A DNA stretch of 64,000 nucleotides from Bdellovibrionales bacterium (GCA_964230645.1 CAXRHT010000001.1:954219-1018218), one strand, 5' to 3'; shown: positions 47,424 through 57,945, counted from the stretch's first letter. The notes: generated by a model not told the origin, from the sequence alone. Program-made: numbers and translations.

Positions 47424-47866
47424 GACACTGTAGAAAGAATCGCACCTGTGAGTGTAAGGACGGCTCCGATAATTCGCCATTTGTTGAGTACAAAAGAGCC
47501 GTCGAAAATATCCCAAAGCAAGGAAGCACAAATCTGTGCCGCAATTGTAATAACAAAGGTTTGAGCGGCTCCAATTTTACCAACAGCGACTGCAAGGCCC
47601 AAGACCAATGCAAACCCTAATAAACCTGGCAGGAGCCACCAAATGCGAAAATCGGAAAGCTGCCCTTGAATAGTAAAGTCTTGGGGGAACCATTGTGGTT
47701 TTGCAAAGACGATCAAAAAGAAAGCTAAATTAAAGAGAAGAAAAAATGTACCGTTAAAAAGCATAGAGCTGGTGTAACCAAGAGACCCTGCTATTTCTTT
47801 ATTCAGACCCGCCTGAAAAACTCCGAAAGCTCCAGCCATAATAGACAGTAGAAGTGCAATCAACAT
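47420..47866 (-). CDS. DMT family (YdcZ-like) transporter
   Basis: Q..LN, WW..PGLLG, KIGAA, AQ..ASL.WD. Confidence 0.8.
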   Translation of the reverse strand: MLIALLLSIMAGAFGVFQAGLNKEIAGSLGYTSSMLFNGTFFLLFNLAFFLIVFAKPQWFPQDFTIQGQLSDFRIWWLLPGLLGFALVLGLAVAVGKIGAAQTFVITIAAQICASLLWDIFDGSFVLNKWRIIGAVLTLTGAILSTVS

Positions 47867-47932
47867 ACAAACCTCACTTTCACTAACAATAACTCTAGGT
47901 CCTAAGAAAACAAACAAAACTTAATTTTAGGC

Positions 47933-47961
47933 AAAAAAAAAGCGCCCTAAGGGGCGCTTTT
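47933..47961 (-). terminator. Terminator after porin gene
   Basis: AAAAGCGCCC-TAAG-GGGCGCTTTT with long A-tract. Confidence 0.8.
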
Positions 47962-47987
47962 CTTGATCATCTAATTCCTAGTAGAAA

Positions 47988-49106
47988 TTAGAAGCGGTAC
48001 ATAAGACCGGCAGTAAGTACGTTGTTTGTATCAGTACCATTACCATCGGAGTCAGTAAATGTAGCATTTTCGTCAGCGCTATCCATTCTGTACTCAAGAA
48101 CTACAGCTGCATTCTGATCAATTTCTGCCTTACCGGTAAGAGTGATTGAAGAGATGCTGTTTTCAGTAGCTGTACCAGGAATCACTACAGTCCCAAAGTT
48201 TGCGTTTGGTCTGCTGTAAGGATAAAGAGCTGAGCTATCGAAGCTGAACTGCTCGTAACGAAGACCAAGTCCAAACATACCAAAGTTAGCATTCACGTAA
48301 CCAGCGATGCTGTTGGCCTTAAGGTCATTGTTGTTAAAGTCTGCCGTTCTATCGATATAGTTAACAGCAACGTCTAGCATTTCGTTGATCATGTAGCTTG
48401 CAGAGATGTCAATTAAGCTAATGAGAGCTGTTCCGTTAGTGGCAACTCCAGTCGCATCTACAGCACCATCTAAGTCCTCACGACCAGTTAGGTAGTTAAC
48501 ATCGATATGGAAGTTTTCCATTGGATCGAGATCAACCACAAGGCCAAGAGTTTTGTTCTCATCTGCAGTATCGGTATCTCTACCAGATCCGTTAGAGGCG
48601 ATTAGACCAACTTTCCACATGTCAGCTCCGTACTCGACTCCAAGTCCCGTTGAGAAGAATGGAGCAAGACCGAAACCGTAGCTTCGTGTAAACTGTGAGT
48701 TATCCATTTGATTGTAAGTTTCATGACCGATGGGAGACTCAAACTTACCAATCCAGAAGTTAAGGCCGTAGTCACTCATCATTTTATAGTAACCATTCAT
48801 TACGTTAAGGGTTGTTAATGAAGTGGCGTTTGGTCCGTTTACTCTTTGAGCAGTTGTTCCGTAACCAATTGAAAGATGAAGTTTTGACTTACTCCAGTTT
48901 TTCTCTAAGTTAATTTCAATAAGGTTAACACCGAAATCATCGTGGTTCGCAGCCCCATTTGTTTCGTTGTCGTAAAATTGCAATGAAGTTGCAAAGTCAC
49001 CATAAATTGAAAAAGGTTTTTTCTCCCCACCCATGTCGTCTTGAGCGACGGCTGAGAAAGAGAAACTTAATACAGCTAGAATCGCAATTAGTTTTTTGAT
49101 TCCCAT
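47988..49106 (-). CDS. Outer-membrane beta-barrel porin
   Basis: Signal peptide, GKFESPIGHE, PFFSTG, EYRMD, terminal YRF. Confidence 0.8.
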   Translation of the reverse strand: MGIKKLIAILAVLSFSFSAVAQDDMGGEKKPFSIYGDFATSLQFYDNETNGAANHDDFGVNLIEINLEKNWSKSKLHLSIGYGTTAQRVNGPNATSLTTLNVMNGYYKMMSDYGLNFWIGKFESPIGHETYNQMDNSQFTRSYGFGLAPFFSTGLGVEYGADMWKVGLIASNGSGRDTDTADENKTLGLVVDLDPMENFHIDVNYLTGREDLDGAVDATGVATNGTALISLIDISASYMINEMLDVAVNYIDRTADFNNNDLKANSIAGYVNANFGMFGLGLRYEQFSFDSSALYPYSRPNANFGTVVIPGTATENSISSITLTGKAEIDQNAAVVLEYRMDSADENATFTDSDGNGTDTNNVLTAGLMYRF

Positions 49107-49538
49107 AAGATGCCTCCTATAATAATTATCTTTGTTGCTTGCCTTATACGTTTGCGTCTTTAAACTTAAATTTCAACAAAAAAAAGATTCCATGTTTTTA
49201 AGCTCTATAGCAACAGAGAAGTCAGGTGTGACAAAAAAAACACAAAGACTATCTTCAACTCCCGACAATTCAACAGGCAATTAAAGGTAATGGGTTCCTA
49301 TAATTATTTTCGATTCACTTTAAGAGAGCGTCAAAAGCCTGTGCTGGCGCGAGTTTTACTGAAGGCCCCTAATTTTTTTAACAATTTAAAGAAGCAAACA
49401 AATCGAAGTGCTACACTAAATAGAGCGAGAATGACAAAAAAAGGCCCTAGATGAGAGCGCTCTAAAGAGACACTTGATGCTCTGCGGCTGACAATATTTT
49501 ATTCGACTTTTGTCGCGCTGAATCTGTAGACAAATCCC

Positions 49539-50186
49539 GTGAAACAGGAACTCATGCTCAATGAAAAAGCACAGATTCAAGCTGTAAGGCCTTTTGATGC
49601 TAAGACTCTCGCTAAACAACCAGATTTAGAATTTACAACTTGGCTTCGGACCTCCCCTGGACCTTATTCTTTAGAAATCGGAGCCGGAGTCGGCTGGCAT
49701 TCGATTCAGTGGGCGCAGTCTCACCCCCAGGAGAATCTTATTTCACTAGAAAGAACTAAAACAAAATTTGCGAAATTTAAACAACGGCAAAGCCGGCATA
49801 ATCTCAATAATTTGTTTCTATCTAACAATGATGCTCTTGATTGGCTTCCAGCGAATCTAACAACGATCACTCTCCGCAGAGTTTTCTTTCTTTACCCCAA
49901 TCCCTATCCGAAAGAAAGACAAGCGAACAAACGCTGGCATCGCTCCTCTCTTTTTCATTTCATTCTTGATCGCTTAAGTTTAGGTGGAACTATTCACCTT
50001 GCGACCAATGAGGAATTCTACGCTAGTGAGGCTCAACTTTATTTTACTCAGTTTTGGAACCTCGATATTGAGAGGCAAGAAGTTTTAACCCAAGCTACTT
50101 TTTCCGAACCTAGAACGCACTTTGAAAAGAAGTATCTAAATAGAGGTCATAACCTTTACGATTTCGTTTTTCGGAAAGTCAAATAA
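49539..50186 (+). CDS. trmB: TrmB-like tRNA m7G46 methyltransferase
   Basis: LEIGAGVG, YPNPYPK...KR, LATN, THFEKKY. Confidence 0.7.
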   Translation: MKQELMLNEKAQIQAVRPFDAKTLAKQPDLEFTTWLRTSPGPYSLEIGAGVGWHSIQWAQSHPQENLISLERTKTKFAKFKQRQSRHNLNNLFLSNNDALDWLPANLTTITLRRVFFLYPNPYPKERQANKRWHRSSLFHFILDRLSLGGTIHLATNEEFYASEAQLYFTQFWNLDIERQEVLTQATFSEPRTHFEKKYLNRGHNLYDFVFRKVK

Positions 50187-50197
50187 GGCTGTTTTTT

Positions 50198-50734
50198 TTA
50201 ATCACACAATTCCGATAAATTATAAATAAGATCCATAACCTGAACATCGTCACACGATGCTGGTCCCTTTTCTAGATGGATGCTAACAAAAAGACGTTGA
50301 TTATCCATCCTCACATTCTGTAAAGCGCAGACGCGCAGAACCCCTCTAGGAAAGTGCTTATGAGGAGAACCAGCAAAGCGAGAATAGAGTTTTCGGCTGG
50401 AAAAATAGAGAGGGCGCACCAAATCAACAGGTCTTAAAGGACCTGAACCACATTTCATATAAGGATAAAGGCGTACCGGCAAAAAGCTGGCACCCTCGTC
50501 AAACACACCGTAAACTTTTACCGTAACCCGCTGGCTACCTCTCCGATTGTTACTTAACTCAAACAATCGGTTGTTTTGATAGTGAAATCGATTTGGCTTC
50601 CTTGGTTTAGCTCCCGCAAGAGACGAGGATGAAAGCGTGGTAACCACGAAAATGGTCAAATAGAATATTGGCAATACCTTTACACGAATAATATCAACCT
50701 CCGCCTTGCAAACTATTAAGCCTGGGCCATCCAA
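50198..50734 (-). CDS. Hypothetical secreted protein (start uncertain)
   Basis: Long ORF with hydrophobic signal-like stretch. Confidence 0.55.
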   Translation of the reverse strand: MDGPGLIVCKAEVDIIRVKVLPIFYLTIFVVTTLSSSSLAGAKPRKPNRFHYQNNRLFELSNNRRGSQRVTVKVYGVFDEGASFLPVRLYPYMKCGSGPLRPVDLVRPLYFSSRKLYSRFAGSPHKHFPRGVLRVCALQNVRMDNQRLFVSIHLEKGPASCDDVQVMDLIYNLSELCD

Positions 50735-50892
50735 ACGACAGCAGGTATAAATAGGTGCAAGGCGTAGACCATTTTAGACCCCACGCAAAATCGTCATGCC
50801 ACAACATCTTTGTTTAGGATGTTTTCAATCGGCAAACAATTGACGCAAGATTAAGTCTTTTAACATCTCTGAATTTTTTTCAGAAAATTGGA

Positions 50893-51057
50893 CTAGTCTT
50901 CTCGGTCTTCAGTGGCTTTTTCCGTCTGAGTTTGGTTGTTTTGAGGACTGGTTTGGTTTTCTTTTACCCTCCCAATCACATCTTCTTTGAGAAATTCATT
51001 CTCTTTATCCCAAGCTTCTTTCACTCTGCGGCTCGCTTCTTTGTAATCCTTGTCCAT
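50893..51057 (-). CDS. Small hydrophilic hypothetical protein
   Basis: GGAGG RBS before ATG 51057 (MDKDYKEASRRVKEAW...). Confidence 0.55.
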   Translation of the reverse strand: MDKDYKEASRRVKEAWDKENEFLKEDVIGRVKENQTSPQNNQTQTEKATEDRED

Positions 51058-51321
51058 TTTTCCTCCAATAACGATGTTTAACAAACAAAGGCTTGCTTCA
51101 TACAAGCCTCACTCCTAAGTATTGACTGATCACGAGTAAAATTAATCTCCCCTAGAATGAAGTTGTTGTTAAAAAAACTAGACAAATATCCCCTCAGTCA
51201 GGCCTCTAATTTGTTTTGTTTATTTGCATTTCATTCCATCAGCACCACAAAGAACTTCACTTCAGCTCGAGCCTCGATGAAATTTATTGCTTCTTAAACA
51301 ATTATTCTCAATAATTAGGAT

Positions 51322-51729
51322 GTGAGTCGCTTTTTTTCAGGTCTTTTTTTAATAACTCTAGCTATCGTCGTCGTTTTAGGGGCTTCACCGATTCGCTATT
51401 ACACCACACCAAAGCAGGAGCGCCTCTACGACCTTTGGAAACAAGACTTCAAAAAGCTATCTCAAGATCCTAAATTTGGGAAGGTCTTTAACAATCTATC
51501 TAAAGTAGAGGTTCACTTCACGGATCCACAGGTGGCAGAGGAGTTCTCAGAGTTTCAGACGCCCTTTACTGAAAGCCGCGGGCAACAGGGTTTTATCTTA
51601 AAAATTAGCATTACCCGCTGGATGGAAGCCAAAGAGTATGGCTTCGTCATTCAACATGAGCTTTTTGACCAAAGTGAAGATAAAATTTATGAATTTGGCC
51701 GCACTTACAAAGTCGGACTCATTTTCTAG
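51322..51729 (+). CDS. Hypothetical membrane-anchored protein
   Basis: N-terminal TM helix, 135 aa. Confidence 0.65.
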   Translation: MSRFFSGLFLITLAIVVVLGASPIRYYTTPKQERLYDLWKQDFKKLSQDPKFGKVFNNLSKVEVHFTDPQVAEEFSEFQTPFTESRGQQGFILKISITRWMEAKEYGFVIQHELFDQSEDKIYEFGRTYKVGLIF

Positions 51730-53243
51730 CTAGCTTTCCTCTTGAGGATCTTTCTCAGCCCTTCTCTTGAAATTTTCAGGGACTTTGCCGCCTTGGTTTT
51801 GTTACCATCAAAAAAATCGATCACTTTTTGAGCGTACTGTTTTTGAAAGTTCTTTGTCTCTATACTCATTTCAGTCACAGAGAAGTCTTCAGGCTCAAAA
51901 CTTTCTACAAGATTCTGCCCCTGCTTTTTTCTTTCATGAGGGAGAAGAATTTCATTTTCAGTGATAATCTTTCTTTTTTCTGAAAGCACACAGGCTCGCT
52001 CTAGCACGTTCTTGAGTTCCCTAATGTTGCCAGGCCAGTGGTACTGCTTCAATTTCTCGAAAGCCTCTAAGGAAAGGCTTTTACCACCCAAATGCTGGGA
52101 GTTTTGTATCCCCTTTAACAGATCAACACTTAGGGGCTCTATATCGACCATACGCTCCTGCAGCGAAGGAAGTTTAAACTGAAAGACATTGATTCTAAAG
52201 AAAAGATCTTCACGGAACACATTTTCCTTACGGATCTCTTCTTCTAAATTACGATTGGTCGCAGTTATTAGCCTTACATCCACTGGCTTTTCTTCCGACT
52301 CACCCACCCGTGCGACCTTTTTTTCCTGCAGCACTCTCAAAAGCTTCGATTGCATCTCAAAAGGCAATTCTCCAATTTCATCGAGAAAAAGAGTACCCCC
52401 ATGAGCTTTCTGAAAAACTCCCTCTCTTTCGCTCACACCTGTTGCAACTCCGGAAACGATCCCAAATAATTCTGCTTCAAAGAGAGTGGGAGGAATCGCT
52501 GCACAATTGATAACGACAAAAGGGGAATCACTTCGCTCACTTTTGCTATGAATATAACGAGCCATAACTTCTTTACCTGTGCCGCTATCTCCAAGAAGGA
52601 GAACAGAGCTTGTACTATTGGCGACAACATCCACTTGTTTATAGATATCTTTTAAGCCCAAGTGATTGGTCTGAAAAGAGATGTGAGCCAGGTCATTTTG
52701 GTTGGCATCGGTAATAAGCTTCTTCATTCTTGCCAATTGAGCTCTTTCTCTAATTCTCAGAAAAGCCGTCACCGCTAGCATCGAAAGTAGTTTTACTTTT
52801 CTAATATCCTCTTCATCAAACTCTCCCTTTTTTTTATTGAGTATTTGAATGACACCAATAGGCTTTCTTACGTTTTCTAAGAGAGGTACGGAAAGAATGG
52901 AACGGGTTTTATAATTGGTCTGCTCATCAATACTAGAATTAAAGTAAGCATTCTTACTTACATCTTTTACGAGTTGGACTTGCCCTGTTTGAAACGTGTA
53001 ACCAACAATACCTTTTTTTGAAGAGACGACAATATCTTTTAGCTCCCCACCAATTTCAGTGGCCATAAAAGACCTCAAGACTTCCTCATTTCTGTCATTA
53101 TACTCTTTAATAAAAATGGTTGAGCGCTCGGCCTCACACAAGTCTTTCACATTCTTTAAAATCATAGTCAGAAGAATGTCTGCATCTTTGACTGAGAAAA
53201 AAGTCTCGCCCACTTCTAATAATTTTTGGTAGTCACTGGCCAT
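51726..53243 (-). CDS. GAF-domain sigma54-type enhancer-binding protein (Fis HTH)
   Basis: GAF; GDSGTGKE, INCAAIP, FLDEIGE, WPGNIREL, NKTKAAKSLKISR. Confidence 0.92.
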   Translation of the reverse strand: MASDYQKLLEVGETFFSVKDADILLTMILKNVKDLCEAERSTIFIKEYNDRNEEVLRSFMATEIGGELKDIVVSSKKGIVGYTFQTGQVQLVKDVSKNAYFNSSIDEQTNYKTRSILSVPLLENVRKPIGVIQILNKKKGEFDEEDIRKVKLLSMLAVTAFLRIRERAQLARMKKLITDANQNDLAHISFQTNHLGLKDIYKQVDVVANSTSSVLLLGDSGTGKEVMARYIHSKSERSDSPFVVINCAAIPPTLFEAELFGIVSGVATGVSEREGVFQKAHGGTLFLDEIGELPFEMQSKLLRVLQEKKVARVGESEEKPVDVRLITATNRNLEEEIRKENVFREDLFFRINVFQFKLPSLQERMVDIEPLSVDLLKGIQNSQHLGGKSLSLEAFEKLKQYHWPGNIRELKNVLERACVLSEKRKIITENEILLPHERKKQGQNLVESFEPEDFSVTEMSIETKNFQKQYAQKVIDFFDGNKTKAAKSLKISREGLRKILKRKAS

Positions 53244-53249
53244 GCTAAC

Positions 53250-53276
53250 TTATCGGAAAGTTTTAATTTTTCTAAA
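53250..53276 (-). promoter_or_regulatory. sigma28-like promoter
   Basis: TTTA-N15-TCCGATAA ending 6 nt before ATG 53243. Confidence 0.55.
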
Positions 53277-53278
53277 TA

Positions 53279-53305
53279 AAAAGTCCTGCCCAGGTGGACA
53301 GGACC
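53279..53305 (-). terminator. Terminator after small ORF
   Basis: GTCCTGTCCA-CC-TGGGCAGGAC-TTTTT on minus strand. Confidence 0.75.
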
Positions 53306-53334
53306 TACGTCTTTAAGGAGTGTCTGCGTGTGTC

Positions 53335-53535
53335 TTAAAATCTGTACTTATTACTTTCAAATTCCTCGAGCTTTTCGTCGAAATTAAAGGAAGAGGACGA
53401 AGAACCTCGAGCAACATTATTTCGACCCTTCTGAAAAGAGCTCTGGCTCGTCTCATTCTGGTCCGAAGCTAGAAGCAGAAGTAGGAAAACTGCATTTAGC
53501 TTTTTTGCTTTCTTGTAACTCAAGGGTTCCTGCAT
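53335..53535 (-). CDS. Small hypothetical protein (66 aa)
   Basis: AAGGAG RBS, own terminator, sigma54-like promoter. Confidence 0.6.
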   Translation of the reverse strand: MQEPLSYKKAKKLNAVFLLLLLASDQNETSQSSFQKGRNNVARGSSSSSFNFDEKLEEFESNKYRF

Positions 53536-53732
53536 GATCTCTCCTTCAATTGACGTTCAGCGTTTGGAACAGTTCTTTATAGTTCACGATTCGTGCCATC
53601 CCTTAGAACCAATTGGATCGAATGGGTTACGAAAATGCCCACTCGAGTCGGCAACAGCTTGCCAATTTAAGTTGCTCTGACAACCTAAGTTTACACTTGA
53701 GAGTGATGTCTTGAAAGGATACAACGAGCCTC

Positions 53733-54365
53733 ATGAAACACGCACTATTAATTTTGACCCTCATATCCTTATCGGCCTGCCAATCAACCTACTACAAAGC
53801 CTGGGAATTTTTAGGCAAAGAGAAGAGGGATCTCCTCACTTCCAAGATCGAGGATACGAAAGACTCCCAAAAGGACTCTCAAAAAGAGGTCAAAGACATT
53901 CTCGAACAGGTTCGCAATAAATATGGATTGGAAGCTAAAGAAATCGAAAGTTTCTACGACAATTTGAAAAGTGACTATGAAAGCTTCAAAGCACAAGCTA
54001 ACGAGTTGAAAGGGAATGCCAAGGACGTGCGCACAATCGCAAAGGACCTTTTTCAAGAGTGGGAGCAAGAAGCCTACACCTTCAAAAATTCTAGTTACAA
54101 GCGAAGTAGCCTAAAAAAGCTCCAGGAGACAAAAAGAGAATTTAACTCTCTATCTCGGCAAATGGCCCAGTCTGAGGCCCAGCTCGATCAAGTTCTAAAT
54201 GTTCTGAGAGATCAAGTTCTTTTCTTGAAGCACAATCTCAACGCCAAAACTCTTGCTAGTTTTGAAGGTGAATTCGATCGGATCGAAAAAGAAATTGAAA
54301 CTTTGATCCGTCGAATTGACCAGTCCCTCTCTGCTACAGAAAACTTTCAACTGAGTCTTGATTAA
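53733..54365 (+). CDS. DUF2959 family lipoprotein
   Basis: LSACQSTYYKAWE..G.EKRD, LFQEWEQE, DQVLFLKHNLNA. Confidence 0.85.
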   Translation: MKHALLILTLISLSACQSTYYKAWEFLGKEKRDLLTSKIEDTKDSQKDSQKEVKDILEQVRNKYGLEAKEIESFYDNLKSDYESFKAQANELKGNAKDVRTIAKDLFQEWEQEAYTFKNSSYKRSSLKKLQETKREFNSLSRQMAQSEAQLDQVLNVLRDQVLFLKHNLNAKTLASFEGEFDRIEKEIETLIRRIDQSLSATENFQLSLD

Positions 54366-54467
54366 CAGAAATCACAGTTTGAAAATCCCCTAGTTGTGAA
54401 GGAATCAGAATATTTTTTTCACAAATTCGGCAATCTAAACAAAAGCCCCTAGTGTAAGCTTTCTATT

Positions 54468-55052
54468 ATGTCGTGGAATATCGATAAGGTTAACAACCTC
54501 AACAATGAAAAAGTCGTACGACGCCTATTGGACGAACTCAAGAAAAGGCGTAACGCGCCCATTACTGGTAGTGTAAGTTATTGGGATCATTTAGAAAAAA
54601 ATAAGAAGGTGAATTACCGAAAGCACCCTGAGCTCTACAGGATTGGTAAAGGGCAGCAAGGAGTGCTCTCCACAGAGCCTTATAAGTCGGAAATCCTACC
54701 CTATTGGAAATTCAAAACAGCGGAAGAAGCACTAGCCTCTGCCGATACTATTTATCGTCTTTTTTTAAATTATTTACTGGAACAGGATTTTGTGGGTGCC
54801 GACATCGCCAAGAAATTCCTGCATATGGGATTTACCAGAGCCAGACGCTACGCGAACCATCCTGACGGCAAAAAGTATGATGATTGTGGGCAAGTGAAGC
54901 CACAGAGTAGCGATCACAGGATAAGCGAAAAAGCCGACGCCGCTAGAATTTTCAAAGAGTTTTACGACCAGGCAAGAAAACACACGACCTATTTAAAATT
55001 AAAAGAACATTTTATCACTCATATAAATTCGGGAAAAAGTCTTGTCGGATAG
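54468..55052 (+). CDS. DUF4385 family protein
   Basis: YRIGKGQQGVL..EPYKSEILPYWKFKT, MGFTRARRYANH. Confidence 0.85.
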   Translation: MSWNIDKVNNLNNEKVVRRLLDELKKRRNAPITGSVSYWDHLEKNKKVNYRKHPELYRIGKGQQGVLSTEPYKSEILPYWKFKTAEEALASADTIYRLFLNYLLEQDFVGADIAKKFLHMGFTRARRYANHPDGKKYDDCGQVKPQSSDHRISEKADAARIFKEFYDQARKHTTYLKLKEHFITHINSGKSLVG

Positions 55053-55764
55053 TGTCTCCTCTCAAGATTTAGCTATCATTGGTGGAGGTGCTGGTTTGAT
55101 CGGCTCGGCTGTTTTTAAAAGGTTTACCGAAGCCAACTTCAAAGCTGTATCACTCGATAGCCAGCATACAAATTCTGATGAAAATAAGGTTCAAATCGAT
55201 TTAACAGACCCCACTCAAGTCGAACACTTTTTCGAAAAGATTTTTAAGTCGCCCCAGTTTTCCTCTCTTACACTTGTAAACACACAAGGTCTTTCTGATC
55301 CCCATACTGGCCCATTGAAAGACTTGAGCTTCCAGCAATGGAAACGTTATTTTCAAACGAATATGGACAGCTATTTCCTAACTTGTCGAGAACTCCTTCG
55401 ATATCAGGATAACTTCAAAAAGGCTTCTATTATCAATCTCAGCTCAACCAGGCACTTTATGGCTGAAAAAGACACCGAAGCCTACTGTGCGACAAAAGGC
55501 GCTATCACCAGCTTCACACAGGCGCTGGCAATGAGCCAGACTGACTCTAAGATTCGAGTCAACTCAATCAGCCCTGGTTGGATAGCACCCCCAGATAGCG
55601 ACTTGCGCCAAATAGACCATGAGCAACATCCGGTGGGACGAGTGGGAAATCCCCGTGACATCGCAGAAATGTGCTTTTATCTTGCAAGTGATTCATCAAG
55701 TTTTTTAACTGGTCAAGACATCGTCATCGATGGTGGGATGACCCGAAAGATGATTTACCAGTAG
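55042..55764 (+). CDS. SDR family oxidoreductase
   Basis: GGGAGLIG, YCATKG, VNSISPG, TGQ...IDGG. Confidence 0.88.
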   Translation: MSDSVSSQDLAIIGGGAGLIGSAVFKRFTEANFKAVSLDSQHTNSDENKVQIDLTDPTQVEHFFEKIFKSPQFSSLTLVNTQGLSDPHTGPLKDLSFQQWKRYFQTNMDSYFLTCRELLRYQDNFKKASIINLSSTRHFMAEKDTEAYCATKGAITSFTQALAMSQTDSKIRVNSISPGWIAPPDSDLRQIDHEQHPVGRVGNPRDIAEMCFYLASDSSSFLTGQDIVIDGGMTRKMIYQ

Positions 55765-55777
55765 AGGTCTAAATTCG

Positions 55778-56872
55778 ATGACGAAAAATGAAAGTTATAA
55801 AAAGGGCCTAAGAAACTCTATCAATCACGGCTTATTTTCCTTTATCGCCGTTACCGCTATTCTCTATTTCGGCTCCTCTCTTTTTATTCCCCTATTTTTG
55901 TCATTAGTTTTGTTTTTTATCGTGTCTCCTCTTTTGCCGAATCACTCCAAAGGCGACTTCAAAAGATGGGTGGTCTCTTTACTGATCACACTGGGACTGG
56001 CCACGACTTTTTTAATAAGCATTTATTCTGCCTCCACACCTCTTTTTGGTATTTTCCAAGAGACTTCTAACAATCTCAGTAAAATAGAGAGAAAACTAAT
56101 TTTCATGAAGCAGCCGATTCTAAAACTCAATGAGGCTGAAGAAAAGATGGAGTCCCTCACTAAAAGCGACAAAAAAAAGGGAGCTCTTAGAGTCTCAGTA
56201 GAAGAAGAGTCGATGACCGAAAGTGCTTTTAGCTTTTTACAACAATTTATGACCGACTTTTTTATGGTCTTTATTTTTCTGATTTTTTTCTGTGTTTATG
56301 GTGACCTGTTCCTTCTTAATTTTGCTCGATTTATTCCCTTTGATTATAAATCAGCGGTTGAACAGTCGATGATCGAAAAATTAAAAAAAGGAACGTCCCG
56401 TTATTTTATTACTGTGACCGTTATAAACATTGGATTGGGAGCCTCTATTGGTTTGGGTCTTTTTTGTATTGGCTTTACCGATCCATTCGTATGGGGCCTA
56501 CTTGCTGGTTTATTAAATTTTATTCCCTATGTTGGGTGCATTATTGGGAGCGCCCTAGTCTTTATAGTCGCCCTGCCTCTCTTTGAGCTCTCCTGGCAGA
56601 CTTTTGCGGCACCTGCCATCTATTTCTTCCTCAATTCGATAGAGGGTCAGTTGATTACTCCTGTTGTTTTGGGACGCACATTTTGTGTCAATCCCCTGAT
56701 TATCGTCATTATGATGGGTTATCTTAGTTTTCTGTTTGGATTTGTCGGTTTGTTTTTAGCCGTCCCCCTCCTACTTATCGTAATGACTATTTCTGATAAT
56801 ACTCACTCACTTGAACCACTGTCTAAACTTCTCCAGTGCCAAGATATTAAAGACGACGCGGTGGAAAGCTAA
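55778..56872 (+). CDS. AI-2E family transporter
   Basis: LNFIPYVG, IEGQLITP, LAVPL. Confidence 0.88.
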   Translation: MTKNESYKKGLRNSINHGLFSFIAVTAILYFGSSLFIPLFLSLVLFFIVSPLLPNHSKGDFKRWVVSLLITLGLATTFLISIYSASTPLFGIFQETSNNLSKIERKLIFMKQPILKLNEAEEKMESLTKSDKKKGALRVSVEEESMTESAFSFLQQFMTDFFMVFIFLIFFCVYGDLFLLNFARFIPFDYKSAVEQSMIEKLKKGTSRYFITVTVINIGLGASIGLGLFCIGFTDPFVWGLLAGLLNFIPYVGCIIGSALVFIVALPLFELSWQTFAAPAIYFFLNSIEGQLITPVVLGRTFCVNPLIIVIMMGYLSFLFGFVGLFLAVPLLLIVMTISDNTHSLEPLSKLLQCQDIKDDAVES

Positions 56873-56874
56873 CG

Positions 56875-57939
56875 ATGTTTTACCTTGGTCTCTTTCTAGC
56901 TACATTTTTATCGCTGACATCTTTTTTGCCTTTGTTAAGAAGTAGACACTGGCTCATCCGTGATTTGGACTTTCCTCGATTCCAAGTTTTTATTTTAAAC
57001 GGTCTTTTGCTGGCCCTGTTCCTTTTATTTGGCCAGCCAAGCCCCTTGTTGTGGCTGCTCGTGGCGTTTGTATTGATAGCCTGGCTTTTTGATTTTTATC
57101 GTATCTATCCTTATCTTCCCTTTAAAAAGAAAACTGTGGAGAAAAGTCAGAATTTAGATCTAAGCATCTTGACGGCAAATATTCGTACGAAAAACCGCAA
57201 GTACGATCGATTGATCGATCTAGTGACGAAAAAAGACCCCGACATGGTGTTACTTATCGAAGTGGACGAGAAATGGGTTCACAATATAAGTCCCTTGATT
57301 GAAAAGTATCCTTATCGAATCATAAAGCCCATGGAAAACACTTACGGATTGGTCCTTCTCTCAAAAAAGTCGTTGGAACGTGAGCAAATACTCTTTCGCG
57401 TTGATGACGATGTCCCATCTATCAAGACCATTATTAAAGATTCAAAATGGGGAAAAGTCGAATTCTACGGTCTTCATCCACGTCCGCCTCGTCCATCCGA
57501 AGCCCACTCCACTCAAAGAGATGCCGAGCTTATGCAAGTTGCCGATGAGATTTCAAAAACTACCCGCCCCTGCCTAGTATTGGGAGATTTGAACGACGTC
57601 GCGTGGTCTCATACAACTCGTCTATTCTTGCGTACCAGTGGCCTACTTGATCCTCGTCATGGACGTGGATTTTTCAATAGCTTTCCCGCTTTCTGGCCTC
57701 GCATTGGTTTTCCACTGGATCATATTTTTATAAGTCCTCGTTTTCGTCTGAAATCTTTTGACGTGCTTGAAGACATCGGCTCCGACCATAGACCTTTAAT
57801 GATTGAATTGGCTTATGGAGAATACCCACAAGAAAGTGGTGAAGAAGCCGATCAAGAGGATGAAGCGGAGAAGAATGAAGCCATAAAAAAAGGCCGTCAA
57901 TGGGACGGCCCTTTTAAGGAAGTGGATCCTGAAGAGTAG
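56875..57939 (+). CDS. Endonuclease/exonuclease/phosphatase family protein
   Basis: N-terminal TMs, TAN, E, HPRPP, GDLND, LDH, SDH. Confidence 0.88.
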   Translation: MFYLGLFLATFLSLTSFLPLLRSRHWLIRDLDFPRFQVFILNGLLLALFLLFGQPSPLLWLLVAFVLIAWLFDFYRIYPYLPFKKKTVEKSQNLDLSILTANIRTKNRKYDRLIDLVTKKDPDMVLLIEVDEKWVHNISPLIEKYPYRIIKPMENTYGLVLLSKKSLEREQILFRVDDDVPSIKTIIKDSKWGKVEFYGLHPRPPRPSEAHSTQRDAELMQVADEISKTTRPCLVLGDLNDVAWSHTTRLFLRTSGLLDPRHGRGFFNSFPAFWPRIGFPLDHIFISPRFRLKSFDVLEDIGSDHRPLMIELAYGEYPQESGEEADQEDEAEKNEAIKKGRQWDGPFKEVDPEE

Positions 57940-57945
57940 CACTTA

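Noticed and set aside
50831..50849. c-di-GMP-I riboswitch-like words GGCAAAC...GACGCAAG
   Set aside because: Only 4 nt lie between them; the GNRA-capped stem and second hairpin are missing.
54394..54424. Rex box half-sites TTGTGAA...TTCACAA
   Set aside because: Spacer is far longer than the required 4 nt.
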